Made by a program: the position numbers and the translations under genes
Notes under the pieces: generated by a model
Seen by the model: the letters and a program-made list of their open reading frames with translations, nothing else
Told to the model about the DNA's origin: nothing
The model's database searches: none
Source of the DNA: Eledone cirrhosa
Lineage: Eukaryota
Assembly (NCBI GenBank): GCA_964016885.1
Contig: OZ024746.1
Coordinates: 48,546,001-48,610,000, forward strand
Reading direction: 5' to 3'
DNA: 64,000 nucleotides
Shown here: positions 28,051 through 40,600 of the stretch, piece after piece
Position numbering within the stretch: position 1 is the first letter of the stretch
Layout: every line of letters begins with the position of its first letter

Positions 28051-28759
28051 TTTTTTTTTTTGGGTGGGGGAGTTCTATCAGCATCTCATTAAACATTTTT
28101 GAAAAGGGCAAAATGACAGAAAGGAAAAGAAAGGGCAGAAAATATCAAGGAAAATCAAGGATTCAATACATATTGTACAATCATTCATTGGTCATTAATG
28201 TACAATGATTGTATATTGATTGAGATACTATAGATTTTTAGCACAATAATGGTTTCTCTTTAAAGTGTATCGACACTTTCAATCTAATTTAAGCGATAAA
28301 GTTTTGCATTATTTATTAATTTTACATTGAAATATCCAATTTGAATTTCATATTATGTAAGTGATTATTAAGAGTCAATGCCCTTGTTGAATAACTAGAG
28401 TGGATGCGCAAATAAAACATTAATGTTTCATTTCACGGTGCCACTGAACAAAACATATAAATGCTTTTACAGCTTAAATCTATTTAAAAGCATTACGTAG
28501 TAACACGCTATATGGTGTGTATTTGCCGTTATTTAATGTAAAAGGTGTAATGACTAAACCACTATTGTAAAAGACGGGAATTTAAAAATCCAGTTTCTAT
28601 GATGATATATGGTAATTCTTGGGCATTTGAAACCTGGCGGAATACATGGCTCTCAAGGTCTGAATACTGCCGATTTCTTCCAGAGAAAAAAAGAGAATGA
28701 TAGAGAGGAAGTGAGAGAGTTTTATAGAAGAAGATTTGGCCTAGTACTGAAATGGTAAT

Positions 28760-28880
28760 TTTTTTATCTACAACGTAATGACAAAAGGTAAAGGTGACCT
28801 CGGCAGAATTTAAATTCAGAATGGTGAAAGGCGGAACGAATACCACAAATCATTCTATCCGACGTTCTAATGACTGCCAA
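28760..28880 (-). mobile_element. tRNA-derived SINE fragment
   Basis: aaaggtaaaggtgacctcggcagaatttaaattcagaat family signature. Confidence 0.6.
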
Positions 28881-29021
28881 TGATGATGATGATGATGATG
28901 ATGAAATTTATATTCTTCCATAAGTAATCGACTGATGAATCATAGAAGTAAATCAATGATATAATCTGTTAAACACACAACGTTTATGCTATTTACATTA
29001 ATCGTTAGACAGTGGGTTGAT

Positions 29022-29082
<61 letters not shown>

Positions 29083-29673
29083 CGTACACACTAGAGTCCT
29101 CAATACTTAGGGTAGTAGAGTGGGTAATAGGAAAATGTTTAACCCCGACGGCAGAACTCAAGCCGTTTCGACGGCTAATTCTGTACTATATGAATATAGA
29201 ACGAACAGTCAATAAAGTTGAATTATTTATTGCGGATCATTATTTTCAAACGGACAATTGTATATAAATATTTCTACACTGTGCTCACATCTTAAGGTAA
29301 AGATAAACATGGTAGTCCACATCTCTCAAGGTAAAAGAAGTAAAAGGTGTGTAACAAAGAAGTTGCCTTCTTAAAATGCACGTTTAAGAATGCTCGGGAA
29401 TGTGTCTGTGTATGCAGAGGTGGGTCACAGTTCCTTCAGAACATGCTGGGTGGGCCCTCTAATTCGCATTGATTCTAGGGCTAAATTTCGGAATAACCAT
29501 ATCACCTTAATTTTTTTAAATCTGAGGAGATGCCAAAGAAAAGTAAGAGGGAGCGCCATCCAGCCCCGCCCACTGACTGGTGGCATTATATATATATATA
29601 TAAGTTTATCCGGGTTCAATCGGGGGTAACCACAGTGAGTAAGGTACTCAATACAAAGCAGAGTATAAATATT

Positions 29674-29793
29674 TAATATAGAAAAGCTTCTACAGGACTA
29701 GAACTGTTTCATTTGTGAGAAATCATCAGGAAGCTTCCTGATGATTTCTCACGAATGAAACAGTTCTAGTCCTGTAGAAGCTTTTCTATATTA
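29674..29793. repeat. 120-bp near-perfect palindrome (fold-back pLTR remnant)
   Basis: Arms are complementary around a central AAGCTT, with one mismatch. Confidence 0.95.
29731..29783 (+). ncRNA. Type I hammerhead ribozyme (mirror copy on - strand 29684-29736)
   Basis: AAGCUUC-CUGAUGA-U UUC UCAC GAA U-GAAA-CAG UUCUAGUC CU-GUA^-GAAGCUU. Confidence 0.8.
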
Positions 29794-29860
29794 TATATAT
29801 ACATACATATATATATAACGAAGGAGGTTTGGTAAGGAACCAGTTGGACCATAACGCAAC

Positions 29861-30063
29861 AGAGTACTCGATACTTAGGGTAGTAGAGTGGGTAATAGGA
29901 AAAGAGTCAGGACCCCGACGACTGAAGACTGAGCTCCGGCCGTTTCACACAAGCAATGGCGGATTAAAGATGAGGGGTTATTAACTGAGCTCTCATAGAT
30001 AGTATAGTATACTAAGCTGTCGAAACGGCTGGAGCTCAGCCGTCGGGGTCCTGACTCTTTTCC

Positions 30064-30064
<1 letters not shown>
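29861..30064. mobile_element. Penelope pLTR remnant with inverted ends and a half-hammerhead
   Basis: Inverted repeat 29897-29920 / 30041-30064 and GAAACGGC..GCCGUC^GGGG. Related pieces at 9301-9345 and 29093-29175. Confidence 0.6.
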
Positions 30065-30087
<23 letters not shown>

Positions 30088-30094
<7 letters not shown>

Positions 30095-31008
30095 ATACTT
30101 TGGGAGAGTCATGTTGCCAATAATAAAACACACGCACCAGTTGCTTTCACTCATATTTATTATAAATTAAATTTATAAATTTAAGAATTTATAAATTTCC
30201 GGTTGGTTGGTTGGTTAGTTCCACAACTGGACGGTTGTTCATATATTGTTAAAGTTCTTTCGTCACACATTCTGTGACCTCTTCAGTGACTGCGGATTCT
30301 TTTCTTTGTTTTGTGCCTCTCCTTTGTTCTGTCCTACGCAGTCTTGTTTTTGTGTGTGTTGTGTGCTTAGTTTGCACATGTGTTACATCCGGGTGTCTGT
30401 GTGTGTTTTTATTTGTTTATTAATTTGTTTATTTACATGTTATTGGTTGGTTGTTTTTTCTATGTGAATGTGTTTTCATTTTGTCCTTAATTGTAAGTTG
30501 TGATGTTGCTATTCCATTCATGTTTTCTATTTAATTTTGGTTGGAGTTCATTTATGTTTATTGCCTCTGTGATTTGTCTAAACATTGCGTCTTTTCTGTG
30601 TGTAGATTTTATTTTTCTTTCTGTTCTCTAATTTACCTTTATGTTCTATTTTAGCATGTTGGTGGAGTACTGATGAACCTTTTCTATCTTGAAGCTCTCG
30701 CCAGTGTTCATTTAATCGTTCTCCTATACTACGAGTTGTCTCACCTGTGTACACAATATTCTTATCTTTACATTGTCCTTCAGTACATCTTATGCTATAT
30801 ACTATGTTTCTAGTTTTACAGTTAATATGGGGGCTTAGTTTACAGATTATGCATTTCTTAGAAGAAATGCATAATGTGGAACCAACCCACCAACCGGAAA
30901 TTTATAAATTCTTAAATTTATAAATTTAATTTATAATAAATTGGAGTGAAAGCAACTGGTGCGTGTGTTTCTTATTGGCAACATGACCCTCCCAAAGTAT
31001 AACAATAT
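30088..31008 (-). mobile_element. 5'-truncated Penelope-like element, third family (GIY-YIG fragment, inverted termini)
   Basis: Minus strand ~30600-30860 reads KCIICK..INCKTRNIVYSIRC..VYTGETTRSIGERLNEH. ~30088-30224 is inverted at ~30876-31008. Degenerate hammerhead CUGAAGA-G GUCACA..UGUGAC-GAAA at ~30247-30291. Confidence 0.85.
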
Positions 31009-31663
31009 CGGTTTCAACACAGGTTTTCAGATAAAGAATCTTGCTAAACAAATTCAGAAACGAAATATATATATATATACATGCACAAACAAATACACAC
31101 ATACCCCCTTTCACACGCACGCATACGGACATATATACCGAAATGTTCAGGGTGTTATTTTGAAAGGATAGTAAATTTAGGTCAACGAGAACAAATATAT
31201 ACGACACAAATACAGCACAAGAAACAATACCGCTTCTTCAGCCACCTCTATAGGTTTCGATACTAAGAATGTACTGCCGCAATAGTTTATAAGACTAAAG
31301 CTACTAGCAGATAAACAACACGATAGAGAAATATACAAAATACAGGTGTCTTTGACAAACTGGGATAATACGCTATGAATCTCTTGTTGATAGAAAGAAC
31401 AAAGGGACGAATCAGAGAAATTATTTCACATGTAAATAAAGCAAGCCGAATAGAATTGTGCAATACGATGAAAACGTTGGGATGAGATATATATTAAAGG
31501 CATTGAATCCAACGCAGAAGATGATGGAGAGAAGAAATTTAGCGAAGTGAATGCTAGTGTGGTTGGGAAGAGAAAAAGTGTTGACCTGGTGAAGAGAACA
31601 AGTGTTGGAATAGGTCAAAATGTCATTTTGGGAGAACAGGAAGCAGAAGAGAGAAATATGACA

Positions 31664-31666
<3 letters not shown>

Positions 31667-31740
<74 letters not shown>

Positions 31741-31744
31741 GAGA

Positions 31745-31784
<40 letters not shown>

Positions 31785-31795
31785 AGAGAGAGAGA
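31667..31795. repeat. (GA)n microsatellite
   Basis: Direct tandem repeat. Confidence 0.95.
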
Positions 31796-32657
31796 AGACG
31801 ATTCGCAGGTTTAAAATGACAACTGTTTATACATATACCAAAATCTGGTGCGTACATTCTCGTTCAAAAATAGTACGAGGACAAAATTGTATGACACAGA
31901 TACAACACAGGAAGCAATAATATTTCTTCACACACACACATACACACACATATATATATATGTGTGTGTGTCTGTGTGTATATTCTCTTACCAGAGAATG
32001 GAGAAAGACAGAGAGGAAGAGGAGAAAGGGAAAATTTTAAGAAAATTGCGAAAGAGATAGAACGAATTAATAGTCATTCGTCTCTACTATAACTTATCGA
32101 TCTTTTCACGAAGTAGAATTTATTACATTAAGGGGACATGATACAAATAGGTTTTAATGGGGTACATAAAATGACTTAAATGATTAAATAGTCTTATTAA
32201 TTGGAAAAGGAAGACATAAACCCAGTGGCTATTGTTAGCAATACCCAATAAAAAGGGGAGATACTTGAAAGAATTCAAGAAATAATTTTGCCGAAAGGAG
32301 ACTCATATGATGATTAAATTATTTAACAGCTAATACACGATACATTTGACTAAATATCGGCCAAAACCTTTCGTTAGCTTCTCTGAACCTATATTTTCAA
32401 GTTTATTATTAACGCTTACAAAAGTTTTCTCTCTCTGACAGAGGTCTTTTAGTTTGAAATATCAATATTCTTGTTTTAATATTTTCTAAATATACGTTGT
32501 ATGAGTTATATCAACTTACAAACATTTTGAAGCAAAATGAAGGATTGGTAAATTGGTGTTTGAAATGAAAATATACTGCAGAAAAAAAAAATCAACAAAA
32601 ACTAAAAAAAAGTTGCGATAGAGTATGTGTGTGTGTCTGTTTGTATGAAACAGAGAA

Positions 32658-32770
<113 letters not shown>

Positions 32771-33030
32771 AGGAGAAAGCGAGAGAGAAAAATGGATGGA
32801 AAGGGGGCGGACGAGATAGAGAGGGGGGGGGGGGGGGGAGAGAAAGATGGAGAGAAAGAGAGAGTAAAAACAGAAAATACAAACACGAAAAATTAGAGGT
32901 AAAGAGAATGCTAAATACAGTTTATGTATAAATGTTTTTCTTCCCACTCTATTCATCATTTCCTTCCGGTCTGTTACGCGCCTTATATGATCATCATTAT
33001 TGATTATTATTATTATTATTATTATTATTA

Positions 33031-36000
33031 TTGTTGTTATTCCTTGAATCTCAGTCATTGATGTTGGTTAACTGGAAAGTCCGTTGGATTGAATATCAAG
33101 CCACTACCTGCAGCCTCAGATATTCAGGACGTATCGGAGGGTTCTTGCTGTTCCAAGCAAGCATGCCTTTTGAAGCGTTCCAAAAAGCGTGATGGGGCCG
33201 ATTTTCTTTAACCATCCCTGGAAACTTTTGGAGATAGTCCCCAGTGCGCCTATGACAATCGGGATCACTTTGACTTCATGGCAGTTCCAAATCCTTTTCA
33301 CCTCCCACTTTAGGTCCTGGTATCGGTTAATTTTCTCCCTCTCCTTCTCTTGCTCTCTCGTGTCGAACGGGCAGGCCACATCCACAATCAGACACGATCT
33401 TTTTTCTTTGTCCACAACCACCAGGTCAGGTCTATTGTGTTCCAGTTTTTTGTCCGTCTGTATCCTAAAATCACCACAGCACCTTCACCTGATTGTTCTC
33501 CATCACCGCCTCTGGCCTATGCTCATACCATTTCTCAGAATGTGGTAAATTGTTTACTTTGCACAGGTGCCAGTGGATCACCCTGCCCATCACATCGTGT
33601 CTCCAGCCCTTATAGTGGGTCTGGGCTAGGTGTTTACACTCGGACACAATGTGATCCACAGTCTCCTCTCTCTCTCCACAGATCCTGCACAGTGGGCTAG
33701 CCTCCTCCTTGTAGATATGGTGCTTCAACCACTTCGTTTTGAGGGCCTGCTCCTGCGCAGCCATTAGCATTCCTTCTGTAGCCTTTTTGAGGTCTCCTCT
33801 TCTCAACCAGTTCCATGTCTGTGGATCTCTAAATTCAGTTTTCTCAAAGAAGGTACTATGAAGGGATTTTCCCTTAAGGCTGCTCTTCCTCCTTGATGTT
33901 ATTTCCTCCTTGGACATCCCCTGGCCTACTGTCCCCTCCTTCAGTACAGTTCTGAGCATTGGCTCCTTACTATAGGTCACGTATTTGTATAGGTTGTTTT
34001 TCTCCATCTGAACACAGTCCTCTATGCTGATAAGACCTCTTCCACCCTCAGATCTCCTTAGGTAGAGTCTATCGACATCACTCCTCTTGTGGAACATGTT
34101 GTAGATAGTCAATAGCTTCCTAGTCTTCCTATCCATTTCTTTTTGTTCAGCAACATTCCATCTCAGAATTCCCGCACTGTACCTAATAATAGACACAGCT
34201 CGGGAATTTACTGCGCTTATGGCATTTCTGCTGTTCAGATGTGACTTCAATACGCTCCTTACTCTCCGAAAGTATTCAGTTCTTAACAATTCCTTCATTT
34301 TTTTGTTCTTTATGCCATCAGCCTCCAGAACGCCCAAATACTTGTATCCATCCTCAGAGTCAATTTCCTTTATCATCTCACCTGTTGGTATCTGGATCCC
34401 GTTACTTCTGCTCAACCTACCCCTCTTCATCACAATGACTCCACATTTACCAATACCAAACTGCATACATATATCACTGCTGAAAATACGGACAGTGTCA
34501 ACAAGCACATCCAACTCCTTCTCACTTTTCCCGAAGAGCTTAAGATCGTCCATGAAGAGGAGGTGATTGATGGTAAGCTCTCCCCTTCCCAACTTGTATC
34601 CTGCTCTCACTTTTCGCAGCATAATGGTCAAGGGCATCAGGGCAAGGACAAACAACAGAGGGGACAGGCTATCTCCCTGGAAGATACCTCTCTTGATCTT
34701 CACGCTTCCCAAGGATACTCCAGTTGATGTCAACTCTGTCTCCTAGGACCCCATACTCCTGCCTAACAACTGTCTGATGTTATCTGCCACCCTGAAGATC
34801 TCCAGGCTTTTGGTGATCCAGGAATGAGGCACCATGTCAAATGCCTTTCTGTAGTCTATCCATCCCATGGCAAGATCAGTGTGTCTCCTCCTGCAATTCC
34901 CCATTACCATCTTATCAATAAGTAACTGGTCCTTTGTACCACGGAACTTCTTTCGGCATCCTTTCTGTTCGTCCGGTAACAAGTTGTTTGTGTGGAGGTG
35001 ATGGTAGATTTCCTCAGACACAATGCTCGTCAACAGTTTCCACATTACGGACAGACATGTGATAGGTCTATAGTTGGTAACATCATTACCCTTGATTCGG
35101 TCTTTCATTATCAGAACTGTGGTACCTTTTGTCAACCACTCTGGCACCTCACCCGACACCAAGCAGTCATTGAACATGGCCGTCAGCTTCGGGTGGAGGG
35201 ATGTTAAATGTTTAATCCAATACCCCTGCACACCATCTGGGTCTGGTGATTTCCAGTTGGTTAGTTTTTTGGCCTGCCCCTTAAGAGTTTCAACTGTGAT
35301 ACTCAAATCAGTTTGTTGTTGTGCCTGCTCACCGATCTCCCTCTGTACTGTCTCAATCCACCCTGCCTGGGCATTGTGTCTAACATCCTGCTCCCATATT
35401 CCTCTCCAGAATGTTTTAGTTTGCTCCGCCCCAGGGATCAAGTCGTTGCCTCTTTCTTTCCCCTCAAGCTGTCCAAACAGCATCTTCTGGTTGTTGTCGA
35501 ACATGCGGTTCTGTTTATACTGACTGACTCTGTTCTCGTATCGCCTGATTTTTGCACTCTTTGCTACAATGCGTTGCTTCAGTTCCTCTATGATAATATT
35601 TAGCTTTTTCCTCCTAGTTTTGTATTTTATTTCCAGTCTATTTTTAGTGCCTATGTTTTTTAGTGTCCCATTCAGTAGTGACTCAAGCTTTCCTATGTCA
35701 TTTCTCATTTCCCCGATTTGCCCACTCAGTCGCTTCTTCCACCACGGCTCTGCTCTTTCTTGTCTGTTGTTTCCTCTCGCTTTTATACCAAGTAGTTTCC
35801 TCACCGTATTTGCTGTTGCTTTGAGGATATTGTTGCACTGGTGAAGGCTCCTCGCCTCAAGGTATGGGATGACTTTGTTTACCTTAGCTGTTGTTTCTTT
35901 TAACTTTTTCCTGTCTACAAATCTTAGGTTCATAGGTCTCCCACTATCATTGTTCAATTCATCTACCACTAAATTTAGGATGTCAACCGAATCTTGTCCT

Positions 36001-37557
36001 AGCCCGTCAGCATTCATCTCCTCAGTGGCCGTATCTCTGTTCCAGGTATTATTTATCTCAGTATTCAGATCATTGTCTGCTTCGGGTGGTTCCTCCGTTC
36101 TCAGGACCTCTTCACCTTCATTTCCCACTGGCTCGCTTGTCTGGCATACTACACCCGCCATCTCCAAGCCATTCTCTCTGCTCAGTTCCTCCAGTTCCAG
36201 CTCGCTTATCCATCCATTAGTTCTTATTACCCGAGCCTGCCCGGCCAATTTTTGTTCATCTAATTTAAATAAACCAATCTCGTTCCAGATGTTATGCATC
36301 CGTCTCCTGTAGCCCCTCTCCTTGGGGTTACTTTTCAGGTAACATTGCATAACAGTTCTATTCAATTCTTTCGTCCAGTTGGTTCTGGCTCCTTTCCTTC
36401 TTCTCCTTCCTCCAACATCAGCAGTATTTGGTTGACAGTCAGGTTCCTGCTGCTGAGCCAGGGGGCACCTGTTGGGTGAGAGTCTGTCACATGACGTTCT
36501 AGTCTCCATTTCACCGTTATTCGAACTGTTTATGTTCGATATTTAAACACTCTTATCGAGGATTGGCGAATGTATGGTTACATATCCATCTGTGGATCCG
36601 CCATTCCACTTGGCCCTTGTGTGGCATTATCACCACGCTGTATACGAACACACATAAACAAACAAACACACAGGCAGAAAGGGCCCCAAAAATGAATAAG
36701 CATAAGTTTCATTGTAATGTAGTGTTCGAATGTCTGACTTAGTTTTTGTTTTTTAAGTTTTAGTTTTTCCCCCCTCTTCTCTGTCCGTCCGCCTGCTTCT
36801 CTCTTCATTCTTATTTTCTTTACGTTTTTGGGGTTTTTTTTTTGTTTTTGTTTTTGTTTTTCTCTGTTTGTTTTTCTCGTTTTTTGCTGTTGTTGCTGTG
36901 CTGCTTTGGTTTTGTTGTTTGTTTTTTCTTTTTTCTTTTGAGTCTATCTATATATTTTGATGCCTTCCTCTTTTTTAGCAGTAGGGATTCTATAATGTGG
37001 TGGCACCAGCCAGCTGGGTGAGGTGGGAGACTGGCGGCGGTAGCGATACTGAGACAGTGGTGGTGGTGATGTCGATACCGAGGCAGTGGTGGCGGTGATG
37101 TGACCGTATTACTGTAGTGATGGTGCTGTAGCGGTGGTAGCGGTGAAGGAGTGAAGGGGTGGTGGCGGCGGTGATGGGATAATGGTTGTAATGATGGCCG
37201 TAGTGAGCGGTGGTGGTTTAGTGTACACAGGTGATGGGGTGGGTGGTGTATCTAGTTTCTGGTGTTGGTGAGTTTGGCTGTTCTATATAGTGTAGACAGA
37301 GGAGGAGGGGGGGTTCTTCTTCCATTTATAGCCATTTTCTTTTTTGGATATACAGTGTACAATACAAAGTTGAATATTTGAATATTTGAGCCTTATAACA
37401 ATATATTTTGGGTCCGAATTTTTTTGGACTCAAGTCGGGTGCTTTACGTAGCATTTGTACTAAGAGTTGTTATTTCACAAATGATTTAAATATGTTAAAA
37501 ATTCAAAACTTACGGGAGCGATTTCATGACCTCCGTCACCTCGTGCGTCTTCTTCCC
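33031..37557 (-). mobile_element. R4/Dong-like RLE non-LTR retrotransposon, family 1 copy A (full length, ~4.5 kb)
   Basis: (TAA)n on both sides; 5' leader shared with copy E. Confidence 0.92.
33116..36509 (-). pseudogene. RT-RLE polyprotein, copy A (stop at 34743, +1 frameshift near 33472)
   Basis: Myb-like WTKELN, IFQGDSLSPLLF, LFMDD, CRICG..ETV.HIVSEC, RHD and NRPD..IVDVACP..K (PD-D/ExK). Confidence 0.92.
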
Positions 37558-37654
<97 letters not shown>

Positions 37655-37660
37655 CATTAT
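37558..37660. repeat. (TTA)n target microsatellite between copies A and B
   Basis: Direct tandem repeat. Confidence 0.95.
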
Positions 37661-40600
37661 TGTTCTTTGAGTCTCAGTCATTGATGTTAGTTAACTGGAA
37701 AGTTTGTTGAAATGAATATCAAGCCACTACCTGCAGCCTCAGATATTCAGGACGTATCGGAGGGTTCTTGCTGTTCCCAGCAAGCATGCCTTTTGAAGCG
37801 TTCCAAAAAGCGTGAAGGGGCCAATTTTCTTTAACCATCCCTGGAAACTTTTGGAGATAGTACCTAGTGCGCCTATGACAATCGGGACCACTTTGACTTC
37901 ATGGCAGTTCCAAGTCCTTTTTACCCACCACTTTAAGTCCTGGTATCGGTTAATTTTCTCCCTCTCATTCTCTTGCACTCTCGTGTCGAATGGGCAGGCC
38001 ACATCCACAATCAGGCACGATCTTTTTTCTTTGTCCAAAACCACCAGGTCAGGTCTATTGTGTTCCAGTTTCTTGTCCGTCTGTATCCTAAAATCCCACA
38101 GCACCTTCACCTGATCGTTTTCTATCACCGACTCTGGCTTATGCTCATACCACTTCTCAGAATCTGGTAAATTGTTTACTTTGCATAGGTGCCAGTGGAT
38201 CACCCTGCCCATCACATCATGTCTCCAGCCCTTATAGTGAGTCTGGGCTAGGTGTTTACACTCGGATACAATGTGAGCCACAGTCTCCTCTGTCTCTCCA
38301 CAGATCCTGCGCAGTGGGCTAGCATCCTCCTTGTAAATATGGTGTTTCAACCACTTCGTTTTGAGGGCCTGCCTTGCGCAGCCATTAACATTCCTTCTGT
38401 AGCCTTTTTAAGGTCTCCTCTTTTCAACCAGTTCCATGTCTGTGGATCTCTGAATTCAGTTTTCTCAAAGAAGGTACTATGAAGGGATTTTTCATGAAGG
38501 CTGCTCTTTCTCCTTGTTGTTATTTCCTCCCTGTACATCCCCTGGTCTATTGTCCTCTCCTTCAGTAGAATTCTGAACATTGGCTCCTTACTATCAGTCA
38601 CGTATTTGTGTAGGTTGTTTTTCTACTTCTGAACACAGTCCTCTATGCTGATAAGACCTCTTCCACCTTCAGATCTCCTTAAGTAGAGTCTATCGACATC
38701 ACTCATCTTGTGGAACATGTTGTAGATAGTCAATAGCTTCCTAGTCTTCCTATCCATTTCTTTTTGTTCAGCAACATTCCATCTCAGAATTCCCGCACTG
38801 TACCTAATAATAGACACAGCTCGGGAATTTATTGCACTTATGGCATTCCTACTGTTCAGATGTGACTTTAATACGCTCCTTATTCTCCGAATGTATTCAG
38901 ATCTTATCAATTCCTTCATTTTTTTGTTCTTGATGTCATCAGTCTCCAGAACACCCAAATACTTGTATCCTTCTTCAGTGTCAATTTCCTTTATCATCTC
39001 ACCTGTTGGTACCTGGATTCTGTTGCTTCTGCTCAATTTACCCCTCTTCATCACAAGGATTCCACACTTACTAATACCAAATTGCATACATATATCATTG
39101 CTGAAAATACGGACAGTGTCAACAAGCACATCCAACTCCTTCTCACTCTTCCCGAAGAGCTTAAGATCGTCAATGAAGAGGAGGTGATTGATGGTAAGCT
39201 CTCCCTTTCCCAACTTGTATCCTGCTCTCACTTTTCGCAGTATAGTGGTCAGGGGCATCAGGGCAAGGACAAACAACAGAGGGGACAGACTATCTCCCTG
39301 GAAGATACCTCTCTTGATCTTCACGCCTCCCAAGGATTCTCCAGCTGATGTTAACTCTGTTTTCCAGGACTTCATACTTTTGGCCAACAACTGTCTGATG
39401 TTATCTTCCACCTTGAAGATCTCCAGGCTTTTGGTGATCCAGGAATGAGGCACCATGTCAAATGCCTTTCTGTAGTCTATCCATCCCACGGCAAGATCAG
39501 TGTGTCTCCTCCTGCAATTCCCCATTACCATCTTATCAATAAGTAACTGGTCCTTTGTACCACGGAACTTCTTTCGGCATCCTTTCTGTTCGTCCGGTAA
39601 CAAGTTGTTTGTGTGGAGGTGATGGTAGATTTCCTCAGACACAATGCTCGTCAACAGTTTCCACATTACGGACAGACATGTGATAGGTCTATAGTTGGTA
39701 ACATCATTACCGTTGATTCGGTCTTTCATTATCAGAACTGTGGTACCTTTTGTCAACCACTCTGGCACCTCACCCGACACCAAGCAGTCATTGAACATGG
39801 CTGTCAGTCTCGGGTGGAGGGATGTCAAATTTTTAATCCAATCCCCCTGCACACCATCTGGGCCTGGTGATTTCCAGTTGGTTAGTTTTCTGGCCTGCCC
39901 CTTAAGAGTTTCAACTGTGATACTCAAATCAGTTTGTTGGTGTGCCTGCTCACCGGTCTCCCTCTGTACTGTTTCAATCCACCCTGCCTGGTCATTATGT
40001 CTAACATCCTGCTCCCATATTCCTTTCCAGAATGTTTTAGTTTGTTCCGCCTCAGGGATCAAGTCGTTGCCTCTTTCTTTCCCCTCAAGCTGTCCAAACA
40101 GCATCTTCTGGTTGTTGTCGAACATGCGGTTCTGTTTATACTGACTGACTCTGTTCTCGTATCGCCTGATTTTTGCACTCTTTGCTACAATGCGTTGCTT
40201 CAGTTCCTCTATGATAATATTTAGCTTTTTCCTCCTAGTTTTGTACTTTATTTCCAGTCTATTTTTAGTGCCTATGTTTTTAGTGTCCCATTCAGTAGTG
40301 ACTCAAGCTTTCCAATGTCATTTCTCATTTCCCTGATTTGACCACTCAGTCGTTTCTTCCACCAAGGCTCTGCTCTTTCTCGTCTGTTGTTTCCTCTCGC
40401 TTTTATACCAAGTAGTTTCCTCACCGTATTTGCTGTTGCTTTGAGGATATTGTTGCACTGGTGAAGGCTCCTCGCCTCAAGGTATGGGATGACTTTGTTT
40501 ACCTTAGCTGTTGTTTCTTTTAACTTTTTCCTGTCTACAAACCTTAGGTTCATAGGTCTCCCACTATCATTGTTCAATTCATCTACCAATAAGTTTAGGA

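Noticed and set aside
28160-28223. Imperfect AT-rich hairpin
   Set aside because: Short and AT-rich, with no ribozyme core or second copy.
33189-36479. Plus-strand ORFs recurring in every Dong-like copy
   Set aside because: Antisense shadows of the RT ORF, repeated only because the copies are near-identical.
37330-37557. Dicistrovirus IGR-IRES-like appearance of the leader
   Set aside because: The diagnostic pseudoknots could not be mapped; similarity to the Tx1 5'UTR explains the sequence better.
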